Below, in pieces: positions 37,924 to 49,450 of a DNA stretch of 64,000 nt (position 1 is the stretch's first letter; each line of letters begins with the position of its first letter). This stretch comes from Octopus vulgaris. Taxonomy: Eukaryota. A model generated the notes under the pieces. That model saw only the letters and a program-made list of their open reading frames with translations. It made no database searches and was not told the origin of the DNA. The position numbers and the translations under genes are program-made. The stretch lies in assembly GCA_951406725.2 (NCBI GenBank), contig OX597816.1:127906001-127970000 (forward strand), given 5' to 3'.

Positions 37924-38764
37924 CATATATATTTTATTCATTGTGTGCGTGTAACATCTGACATAAATGTTGGTTGGTTGATATTTCTAGTCACACATTA
38001 TAATTAAAAATTTTTATATTTTCTTATTAGCTTTTTTTTATAACTATTTTCGGACAGTAAATTTCTTATATAATTTTATTGTCCATTTGCTTTACTTCTT
38101 TTCTTCCAAATGTCCACATTTTGATGAACATGTTATTTGAGGTATTGTTGTACAGCCCGATGTCCTTCCCGATCTTAATTCTTAACTGTTTTTCAAGTAA
38201 GCAATCTCTTATTCCACACAGCTTTAGATGCAAAAGGTGTCTGGACAGTAATTCCAACCACAGCACTTTCATCCTACTAATTACATTTAAATGCACCTGC
38301 AGACACATATGTGCAAACACATACACATGCATATCTATTTATCTGCCTGTCTGTCTATATATATAATGCCATGTCTTTTTTTTTTTTTTTTTTGTTCCTG
38401 TTTACCAAATTCACTTGCAATGCTTTGGTCAAGCTTGTGCTATAATAGAAGACACTTGCCTTTCAGTGTTTTGGAGCCCAGGCATTCTTTCACAATAGAC
38501 ATTAAACAAATGACATATGACAAGATTATTTTTTACATCCAGCAAACACACATGAAGATAAAAGAAATACAAATTCACTTGCAGAAACAAACACAAACAC
38601 GCGCACACACACATACGGAAACATGATGGGTTTGTTTCAGTTTCTATCTTCTAATTTTCACTCTTGCTATAGTAGAAGATACTTTCCCTTGTTGCCCTGC
38701 AGTGTGACTGAACCCACAACCTTTTGGTTTGGAAGCAAACTTCTTAACCACACAGCAGTGCCTC

Positions 38765-38822
38765 TGTGTGTGTGTGTATATGTGTATTTCTATATATGTA
38801 TATAAATGTATGTATATATGTA

Positions 38823-38865
<43 letters not shown>

Positions 38866-38990
38866 CTATCTATTAATCATATATATATATACACACACAC
38901 ACACATACATGTGTATATACATATATCTACATAAAACACTCAAGTACATACATGTACTATATATATAATTTTTTTTACATACACATAATA
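38765..38990. repeat. Compound (GT)n/(TA)n/(CA)n microsatellite
   Basis: Directly visible. Confidence 0.9.
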
Positions 38991-40130
38991 CATATGTTTA
39001 TATGCACGTACTAACATTTAATCGAGGGTATATATTTATGTACTTGTGTGTATATATGCACATGCACGTGTGTTTTGTATTCACTTGTGGCTGTGCCCTA
39101 TGGATAAGACTGCTGAAATGTTATCATCTTGATTTGTCTCTCTCTGTTTGGTACTTGTCTGTAGGGCATGAGAGCAGGTCACCAGCTGAGATTGATATCA
39201 CAGCAGCTAGTGCTGATCCATTCCTCCCTTACCCAATTATATTCAACTTTTAGTCTTCCTTAGTATATGTAACTTTGTTCATTCTTAAAGGGATTCATAT
39301 TTAGTGAATGAAGATAACCAGCTTCAGTAAAAAAAAAAAAAAAAAGAAAAAAAAAAGTGATAATAATTTTAAATAAATAAAAAAAGCCACCCCTCCTTAA
39401 AATGTTATCTTGAAAGTGATGTTTCTTTTCAAAATATTGCTATGTTTAATACACTATTTTACTTTTACTGTAAATAGTATTGTAAGCCTGAGAAGTAATC
39501 AGCAGGCAAGCTGCGTTGCAACACTGATAAAGCCGCATAATGCTAATGTATGGGAATGGCATAAATATGTCAACCACCCATTTCTTCTCCCTTATAAATA
39601 TCTGTCTTTGCATTTTGTAAGTTTATCTACCCATTTTATAAAATATGTATCTACTACTCATCTGAAATATGACTCTGTTAGATTAAATCAGAATTAAATT
39701 TTTATGCGCACACACACACACACACACATATATAACACAGTTTACTGAATGCTTGAATGGTACCTGCCTGGATTTATTATCCCTATCTATTCATGATATA
39801 TGTATGTATATATGTTTATGTATTTCTTTTGCAAGACTCTTGATGTGAAATCATGTGTTGAAATGGATATTGTTATACTTGGGGATAGTTATATTTTACC
39901 AATTAAACACATATGTTTGGTCTTTACTTCACCCTTATTGTTATTATATACTAAGCAGAACAAGAGGAAATGTGTGGGATAAAGAGTTTCTGGAGAGGTC
40001 ACAGAATGTGTGACAAAAGAGCTTAGACAAAGGACAATAAAATAATCATAATAAGGATAAGCTGTAGTGAAGACCAAGTATATAGTGCTTGTGTTTAGTT
40101 GGCCAAAATTTGATCATCTTCAAGTATAAC

Positions 40131-40181
<51 letters not shown>

Positions 40182-41699
40182 AAGAAAAAAGTTTTTCTCT
40201 TTTCTTTGACTTACTGGTCATATTATAACGATATTTTTTATTTGCAGTATTTGAAGCATCAGCTTCACTTGTAGTGCATAATGATGAAAAAATAACATTT
40301 AGGAAATCCTTTAATAATACTTCACTTTATAGAATCTGTCTGAGAGTTCAAAACAGTCAAAAAATAATGTATCAATTTCTCCACTTAAGAGTTCTGAGTT
40401 GGCTCCTTACCCCCTGTGGTATACTTCAGGGTGGTGAGAAAAGAGAGGTAATGATTCATTAGTAACAGGCTCATTGAAATTGGGTTATTCTCTCATAGGG
40501 GAATAAAATATATTTTCATATTTCTTTGCTATGTTTTTCAGATGGAACCCTTCTGTGAGCAAAGGCTTATTCAATCATCATTACCCCACTCACATGAATC
40601 ATACAAGTTAAAGGACAAGAAACCCTTAGCCCTCAGATGCCAGCTATAATATGGAAGGGTTTTCAACATTGCAGTAGCTTCTAATTAATTATGATATCAT
40701 CATTCTACCTTTGTCACACCTTTCATATTTTGATTAGGCACTTCTGTCTCTCCATGCAAAATCGAATAATTTTCTTTATTTTTCTGAATGTTTAATATGT
40801 TCAAAAAAATTATGCTTAACAGATGAGTGAATTACTATGTGTGTATACATATGCCTCCATGTGTGTGTGTGTGTATGTTTCTATGTATCTAAGTATACCT
40901 ATCTCTATGTCGAAACGAATGTATATAAATGTATATGCATGTCTGTATATGTATGTGTAGGTATATAGATATCTCAATGCATATGTGTTGTGTATGCATG
41001 TGCACATGTATGTCACAGTTGTGAACTCTTGAGAAGAAAGCAGTGTATCACTGATGATGCTCTTAGACTTGTGTTCATTCTTCTACTGCTGCTGATCCAA
41101 AACATTTTGTGCCCCACCTACTAAACCTCCCTCTGCTAGCAGATAACTCACTTCATAACTCATTATCGTCTCCAGCAGAATGGTTTTCAGTAATTAATAT
41201 CTGCCTTGAGGCAAAATCCTGATACGCTTAGTTATCTTTCCCCAAATTTAGTCCAAAGTGAGGAGTGCTGGTTACTGGACTAAAATCTTTAGTTTTCTCC
41301 TTATCTTAATTATGTAATCCTCATGTTTACCAAATTCTTTAGATAAACTACCAAATTATTTTTCACATCTCGTTAGTTACTATCAATATTGTTACGTATT
41401 TCCCTCCATTTTATGTGAATTAAAGTACTGAAGTGACTACTGGTTAAAAAGTTTGCTTTGTAACCTCAGAGTTTTGGATCCAGTCTTACTGTGTGGTAAT
41501 TTGGCAAGTGTCTTCTAATAGTTTTGGATTGATCAAAGTCTTCAGAAGCTTAGCCTATCATGTATGTGTGTGTGTGTGTGTGATATAGATATATATAAAT
41601 ATGTATACATATTATATGTGTGTATGTATATATGTATAAATATATGCATATATATGTATGTGTATATATATACATATGTATATGTATTTATGTATATAT

Positions 41700-41800
41700 G
41701 CAGACAGGGAGAGACAATGCTTCAAATAAACAGATAAAACCTTGGGTTTTAATGTACAAAATATATATACAAGTATACATGTAAAAAGAAAAAAATTTTC
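41700..41800. repeat. Outer inverted-repeat arm (pairs with 43615-43725)
   Basis: GAGACAATGCTTCAAATAAACAGATAAAACCTTGGGTTTTAATGTACA nearly matches the reverse complement of TGTACATTAAAACCCAAAGTTTTATCTGTTTATTTGAATCATTGTCTC. Confidence 0.85.
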
Positions 41801-41814
41801 CAATGATAAACAAT

Positions 41815-41856
<42 letters not shown>

Positions 41857-41859
<3 letters not shown>

Positions 41860-43274
41860 CTCCTATTTATCATAGTCCTCCAGGCAATAACGGAGGAATT
41901 CAAGACAGGATGCCCTTGGGAGCTCCTCTATGCTGATGACCTTGCTCTAATTGCTGAGTCACTATCAGAACTGAAGGAGAAGTTCCAGGTGTGGAAGCAA
42001 GGATTAGAATCGAAGGGCCTTAGAGTCAATCTAGCTAAAACCAAAGTCCTAATAAGTAGGAAGGTAGACAAATCACAAACGCCTTCAGGTAGATGGCCCT
42101 GCTCGATCTGTAGAAAAGGTGTAGGTAGAAACTCTATAAGATGCACCAAGTGTAAGCTATGGACACATAAGAGGTGCAGCAACGTCAAAGGAAGGCTAAC
42201 TAGGAAGATAGTTTTTGTATGTGGCAGATGCTCAGGAACAATAAACACTGAAAATGCTCTGAGACCAACTTCTGTCACTTTCCAGGGAGAAAAACTAGAA
42301 ATAGTTGATAGCTTCCGTTACCTAGGTGACCAACTCAGCAGCGTGGGCGGGTGTGCTGAAAGTGTAACTGCTAGAGTAAGAATAGCTTGGGCAAAGTTCA
42401 GAGAGCTCTTACCTCTGCTGGTGACAAAAGGCCTCTCACTCAGAGTAAAAGGCAGACTGTATGACGCCTGTGTATGAACAGCCATGCTACATGGCAGTGA
42501 AACATGGGCCGTGACTGCTGAGGATATGCGTAAGCTCGCAAGAAATGAAGCCAGTATGCTCCGATGGATGTGTAATGTCAGTGTTCATACTCGACAGAGT
42601 GTAAGTACTTTGAGAGAAAAGCTGGACCTAAGAAGCATCAGATGTGGTGTGCAAGAGAGACGTTTGCACTGGTATGGACATGTGGCGAGAATGGATGAAG
42701 ATAGTTGTGTGAAAAAGTGCCTGTGGAAGAGGCAGACCCAGGAAAACCTGGGACGAGGTGGTGAAGCATGACTTTCGAACTTTAGGTCTCACTGAGGAAA
42801 TGACTAGAGACCAAGACCTCTGGAAGTATGCTGTGCGTGAGAAGACCCGGCAGGACAAGTGAGACCATAACCCGTGGCCTTCTACACGGGATGTAGCCAG
42901 TCCACTTATGCATACCTTCCCTTCTTGGGACACAAAACTCTACTTGTGAAGACTTGTTGAGGCAAGTGAGAATCAGAATCGAAATCGATCAATGGAAATT
43001 GCAGCTGAGTTACCAGTGCCAGTGACACGTAAGAGAACCATTGGAATGTGGCCGTTGCCAGCGCCGCCCCGACTGGCCTCGTGCCGGTGGCACGTAAAAA
43101 GCACCCGTTACACTCATGGAGTGGGTGGCGTTAGGAAGGGCATCCAGCCGTAGAAACATTGCCAGATCAAACTGGGCCTGGTGCAGCCTTCTGGCTTCCC
43201 AGACCCCAGTTGAACCGTCCAACCCATGCTAGCATGGAAAGCGGACGCTAAACGATGATGATGATGATGATGAT
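41857..43274 (+). mobile_element. 5'-truncated RTE LINE (RT C-terminal half, 3' UTR, (GAT)n tail) inserted in (TA)n
   Basis: PLLFIIV, LLYADDL, GLRVNLAKTKV, FRYLGD, LHWYGHVARM and GRGRPRKTW. One in-frame TGA at 42475-42477, a frameshifting deletion near 42720, and natural stop at 42860-42862. Confidence 0.95.
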
Positions 43275-43284
43275 ATATATTATA

Positions 43285-43571
43285 GAGCAAACTTACTCAG
43301 ATTACACAGACCCAAAGAATTAGAGGGGAGAAAGTGTTACAAGTCTAACAGCTGTTTCTGAGGGCTCTGAGTTACCTATTCACCTTGCTGAAGGAGGCTC
43401 TGGAGTTTATCAATGTTTATTTGCTTCCATTAACAGCTGCAAATTTTTGATCATCTGCATCTGCCAGCATTATGAAGTAACACCAAGCCCTTAGAAGCAG
43501 CGGTCAGACTTGTAGTGCCCTCTCCCCTCTTCTTTTTGAGTCTCTGTAATCTGAGTAAGTTAAGTTTGCTC
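43285..43571. repeat. Fold-back element with ~90-bp imperfect inverted arms
   Basis: Arms 43285-43375 (GAGCAAACTTACTCAGATTAC...AGAGGGGAGA...) and 43477-43571 (...TCTCCCCTCT...GTAATCTGAGTAAGTT...TTTGCTC). Confidence 0.85.
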
Positions 43572-44345
43572 CATTAAAAACAAATATATATTTATACCTG
43601 ACTATTTATAATCTGAAAATTTTGAGTCTGCCTTCTCTTTTTACACATGTATACATGTGTATATATTCTGTACATTAAAACCCAAAGTTTTATCTGTTTA
43701 TTTGAATCATTGTCTCCATATCTGCTCACTTGGCTTATCCCTTATAGCCACTCTTTATCCTGCTGACGTGGTCCTTGGTGAAGATATCAGAGTGTAAGTT
43801 CAAATCATTTGAGCACTTCTAAGTGTTTTCCATGTGTACTTATGTGTGAAGAAGAGGGAAGTGGCTGTTACTGTTGTCTCATCTTGACATAATATGATAG
43901 AACTGTCTCCATCAAACAAGCAATGTCCTTCATGACCAATCTTCTGTGAACATGATGAAACACTATTGTACTTGGAAATAGGTGACGGTTGGCAAAAAAA
44001 AAGACATCTAATTGTAGAAAATTTGTCTTAATGAATTCGTTCTGGCCCATGATAGTATGGAAAATAGACATTAGAACAATGATGATTGTGATGACTTTTA
44101 TGTTTCATGAAATCCTGCTTTTTTTTTTTGCCTTGCATGTCTTTTCATCTGAATGAAAAAAATACACTCACAGTCCCTGATAGATTATGTTGATAAATGC
44201 AAAGATTGGCCATGGGGAAATATTAACATGCTTGGAAACAAGTGAGGTCTGAGGATGGTAAACGCCTCTGGCTATAATATATCTATCCCAACAAATCCCA
44301 TTTAACCCATACAAACACAAATTAAGTGGACATTAAAAATTATGA

Positions 44346-44378
<33 letters not shown>

Positions 44379-45720
44379 CTTGGAGTGTATATACAGATTT
44401 ATCTATAGATAGATAGATAGTTTATTTTCTCGTCTTCCTTTCCGTTGAAGAAACATAAAAGATTTTCTCCCCTTCCCCAGCATCAAACTAATACACCTGC
44501 TTGTTGTTTATGCGACTATCTTTGTCTTTTGTTTTCCTTTAAATTTCAACTAGGTAGACATACAGATAGTGTGAGTGTGTATGTATATACTAGAAGAACA
44601 TTTTGATAGACTTTCCAAATTTAAGACATTTAGAAACAGTTTCAATATTAATGTCTTGTTTACTATGAAGTATGACAATGATAAATTATTCTTTTTACAA
44701 TTGTTGGTTCAAAACTCTGAACAGGATCAAGACAAATCGACATTATAAACCCATTGTTTTGAGCCAATGTTTGCTTTTTACTTCATGATTGGCAGTCACA
44801 TAAGAACCAGTATTCAAGTTCAGTATAGCTAAAATAAATGAAAGAAAAGACTAAAAGAACTAAAACATATCTTGATTGATAGATATTATTGACAGTCATT
44901 AGCTGACAATGGAATATGGAGAGCAAAAATAACTAACACTTGTCATTCTGTTATATTTCTTTTCACATTTCTGTGAATACTGAGGTCTTTGATATAATTA
45001 ATTAAAAGCTACTACCACTAAAATACCATCCAAATATGAGATTTTAGGAAACCAAAAGATTATTCAAAACAAAACCCAGCTAAAGTCACTAAAGAAAGCA
45101 TATAGCAGCTGTGTATCAAAATTGACAGTAAAAAAAAAATGTTGAAGATTTTATTGTGGAATTTGTATGAACTTATTTGTAGGTTCTGCTTTGAAAAAGA
45201 ACAAACTTTTAAAATAAAAAATAAGCTTGCATGCTTATCTGTAAACTAAATTTTTATAATCACATGCTGTGTTTCTGTTGAGAATTACATTGAGAAAACA
45301 AGCATGTCACTGAGAAAGTAGATGACTGTTTACGCACAAAAAATATCTTATCCAAATACATCAAAAATTTTATTCAGTGAATATCTAAAGTGATGTTCAG
45401 GAACTTTACAACTGAATTTTGAAGAGTCTTCCCATTGTACAAGAGAATGGAAAGTACTACAGAGCAACAAAGAGTTAGTAAAACATAGTTTTTATTGAAA
45501 AATATAAACAAGTAAAAGACAGATTTATGCCTATGTGTGTATAAACATATATATATATCTTTATAAAAAAGAAGTTTGAAAATGCTACTATATAAGATAA
45601 ATTTTACTTTATTTAGAAATTTTACATGTTTCGGTTCTTCTTGAAAAAACGAACCTTATCAAAAATATTTTAAAAAGTTAAGTGTAATAAAAAAGTTCAT
45701 AATTGTTTCTTACTGGTCTC

Positions 45721-45756
<36 letters not shown>

Positions 45757-46371
45757 ATACATGTGTATATATGTTTACACACACACACACACACGTGTGT
45801 GTATGCATACTTCATTGTGGCAGTTATTTTTAACACCAATATTTGTAAAAATGAATTTGTCTTCTATTTGATTTATGTAGGATATTCTAAAATTTTATTT
45901 ATATCTAATAGTCAGTTAATTAATCAATCTATCTACTTAAAGGTCAACAGTTCATTTTTGGGTTTTAGCGTTTGCTGGGGCATCAAGACAGTACCCCAGC
46001 ATGACCACAACCAAACAATTGAAACAAGTAAAAGATAGATTTATGCATATGTGTGTATAAACATATATATGTGTGTGTGTGTTTGTATATACATATGTAT
46101 ATATGTTTACACACACACACTTGTGTGTGTGTATGCATACTCATAAACATACACACAACCTATGAATAACTCCTGCATTGTGAATTAAATTATTAATTAA
46201 TATTTGTAGATGTGTTTGTTAAAACATTTTCACCACATTCTTTCCAATGATTTTCCATTCTAAATAAGTTAAAATTGTGCACAGTTCCTAATCTGGGAAT
46301 TTATTTATCAACACAGATGAAGATAATGTTGACATCAGAGGAATTTAATTACAGTTGTATGGTGGTCTAGT

Positions 46372-46700
46372 CCTCATCATCATCGTTTAACATCTGCTTT
46401 CCATGCTGGCATGGGTTGGACAGTTTGACTGAGGACTGGCAAGCCAGGAAGCTGCACCAGGCTCCAATCTGATCTGGCAAAGTTTCTACAGCTGGATGCT
46501 CTTCTTGATGCCAACCACTCCCAGAGTGTAGTGGGTGCTTTTTATGTGCCACCAGCATGAGGGCCAATCAGGCAGTACTGGCATCGACCACGCTTGAATG
46601 GTGTTTTTCTTCATGTACCACCGACACAGGACCTGTCAGCTGGCACTGGCATCGATCACACTTGAACGATGCTTTTCACATGCCACTGGCACAGGACCTA
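46372..46700 (-). mobile_element. RTE 3'-end fragment
   Basis: (CAT)n followed by the reverse complement of the RTE 3' UTR, with three TTTT..TGCCAC units. Confidence 0.85.
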
Positions 46701-46824
46701 GCAGTATATTTCTCAGTGAACTGAACTATACTGTTTAGCAGAATAAAGCTGTGCAAATCCAAGCAGCAATATTTTGGGATACTGAAATAATGGGCAGATC
46801 ATTCACAGAAATTTATTATTAGCA

Positions 46825-47015
46825 TTGAGCTGGCAGTATTTAGATGTATTTCATCTGGCTTTACGTTCTGAGTTCAAATTCCACTGAGGTCAACTTTGTC
46901 TCTCATTTTTTTTGTGGGGGGTCAATAAATTAAGTACCAGTGAAACACTTTGGTCGATGTATTCAACTAGTCACCTTCCAACAAAATTTCAGGCCTTGTG
47001 CCTTCATCAGAAAGG

Positions 47016-47050
<35 letters not shown>
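46825..47050 (+). mobile_element. Family-A SINE with (TAT)n tail
   Basis: GAGCTGGCAG...TTCTGAGTTCAAATTCC...AATTAAGTACCAG...GGCCTTGTGCC...GGATTATTATT. Confidence 0.8.
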
Positions 47051-47084
47051 CATTGTTGTTAATATTTACTTTTAATCTCCATGT

Positions 47085-47222
47085 TTGTTACAATCACTTG
47101 CCAAGACACCCAGCTTGGTACTTTTTGGTAAGCAAGCTTTGACCTTGTGCCACCAATATGAAACCTTCAGTCTCTGCTTTCAGTTCTGAGCTTCTCAGCC
47201 ACTTATGGGTTGTTACTTGGTC
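47085..47222 (-). mobile_element. R4/Dong-like LINE fragment between (TAT)n arrays
   Basis: The minus strand gives HKWLRSSELKAETEGFILVAQGQSLLTKKYQ (~WLxxGxLKxETEGxIxAAQDQAL). Confidence 0.75.
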
Positions 47223-47283
<61 letters not shown>

Positions 47284-47529
47284 TATGCTTATGGGAAAAT
47301 GTTTATCGACATTCATGCCATTAGCTTTCTTGAGTAACTTCCATCTAACCTTATTTCTTATGTGTGCACAAGCATGCATGTATATATTTATCTACTGCAG
47401 CCTCAGATTAACTCCTGTCTTGTGAATAAAATTTAGCTGATAGAAACTGTACAGAAGCTTAATTAATACATATATTTTTGTGTGTGTATCCTTGTTACTT
47501 TGCTTCCATTTTACTGAGTATATTGACTA

Positions 47530-48017
47530 GGTACTTTTTCCTATGACAGCAACACAAGTGAGGTTACCATGTAACTAGGAACTCTAAAAATCTCCCATAG
47601 CTGAAAGAAAAAATAAATGGGAGGGTGAGACATTAAAGTATGCTGACAGTATGACAATTTTCCCATTCCATGATGGTAGGCCCTTCATCTGGAATTCCAC
47701 ATGCTGTGACACCATCTCCAGTAGCAATTTAGTGTGTTTCACCCAGGCTCTGTTGCTTGTCAGTCTGAGAAAACAAACTGTCAAGATATTGGTTGCTCTC
47801 TACCTTTGACAGTGGAGACCTCTAGCATTTTTGGATCCTGGAGCATATCTCTGCTGACCTCTATCAGAGTGGAGATGACTATTTGCAATTGTGAGCCCTC
47901 TGAGTCAAAGTGGCTATTTCAGCCCATCTCCCTTGCCATTGTCTGGGATAACATCTTCTCCATTTTGTCTGTGGGACCATGAAGCAGTCTGAATTACAGG
48001 TCACCTGATGAGACACA

Positions 48018-48050
<33 letters not shown>
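47530..48050 (+). mobile_element. CRE-like LINE 3' end (restriction-like endonuclease) with (AAT)n tail
   Basis: KYADSMTIFPFHDGRPFIWNSTCCDT (~RPDGxTxxPWxxGxxLxWDxTCxDT), PLTVETSSIFG and WLFQPISLAIVWDN (~LFQRLSxAVQRGN), then a stop, short UTR and (AAT)n. Confidence 0.8.
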
Positions 48051-49129
48051 TTTTTTATTAGCCACAAGGCTATTTCATAGGATGAACTGGTTTGTTGTTA
48101 GAAGTTGTTTGTGGAGACACTAAGAGAAACTGTTAGAGAAGAGATTTATAGAAAGGAAAGAAAAACAGTAGAGCAAGGGATTAGTGAAAGAGTGGGAGGG
48201 TAATAAGGAGGTCTGGAGTGGTTTGAATAAAATGAAAGTTAGTATTACTCTCTACATACATACATACATGCATTCATGCATGCATGGAAGAAGTGGTACT
48301 AGAAATGGAGACATACACATTCCATAAAATATAGAAAAAAATTAATGACTATGGGTTTAATCATTTAAATTTGCTAGATTAGTCTCAGCATTTAATCCTC
48401 CTAGTCAGTAAAAGAAGTGTATGTACTTACATACATACATGCACACACACGTGCACAACAGGTTTCTTTCAGTTTCCATCTACCAACTCCACTCACAAGC
48501 CTTTGGTTAGTCCCAGGCTATAGTAGAAAACACTTGCACTAGTTACCTTGCACATAACACATAGCCATGCCAATATATACATATGCAAGATATTTAGTTG
48601 TTTGTTATATTTCAGCTAGTAAAAGATTAGTTTGAACATAGATTAATAAAACACTCTTCAAAATGTAAAGTAAGTTAATATTAGACTATTCCTTAATTGA
48701 TAAATGATAATCGCTGATAAAGTCCTAAAATATTCTTTCATCTTCATTTCAACTTTTTTGGTTTGACAGACAGAATACTCTGTTTATACTTTAACTTTCT
48801 ATATCTTTATACTGATTTTACACATTAATGTTCTTTAATCCTCCCATCAAATATTTCTGTTTACACACTTTACAATAATTCTTGTTTTCCATTTAATCCA
48901 AATAATTTCAGTTTTGCTATATTGGTATTTTCTCTTTAATTCCTTTCCAGCAATACATACAGGCTTCTTTTTTGTGTGATGAGAGAGAGAGAGAGAGAGA
49001 GAGAGGGAGAAAGAGTGTGTGTGTGTGTGAGGGTGAGAGAGAGAGATGAATGTGTCATTATATTTAGAAAAGCTATTGTTGTATCCCTAAAGGAGACAGA
49101 ATGAAATTACAGCTCTGTGCCAAGTCAGG

Positions 49130-49450
49130 CATTAGAAACACCGTTGATACTGCAGAACATTCATTTAACAAAATATTTAAAGACACATCCTACAAACATA
49201 TCCCACAAGGCACCATGAAAAATAGAACCCCAGTTATGTATCAGAAATAACCAGACTGATAAAAAACAGGAATAAAGCTCAAGCACAATATACCAACACC
49301 ACACTCAGTAGAAATGAATTCAGTGTCATTGGTAGAAAAACAGAAAACTAGCAAACTTTTATATTCAATATAACCACTAAACAAAGAAAAGCATTATATA
49401 GAATAATTAGCAGCATCAACTACAGGAAGAATGACTACAACACTGGCCAT
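49130..49450 (+). mobile_element. Decayed LINE ORF2 linker fragment (I/Jockey-like)
   Basis: FNKIFKDTSYKHIPQG...P...EITRLIKNRNKA resembles the region between endonuclease and RT. Confidence 0.45.

Noticed and set aside
40520-40680. Possible exon after TTTCTTTGCTATGTTTTTCAG
   Set aside because: Acceptor-like, but there is no convincing donor or recognisable peptide.
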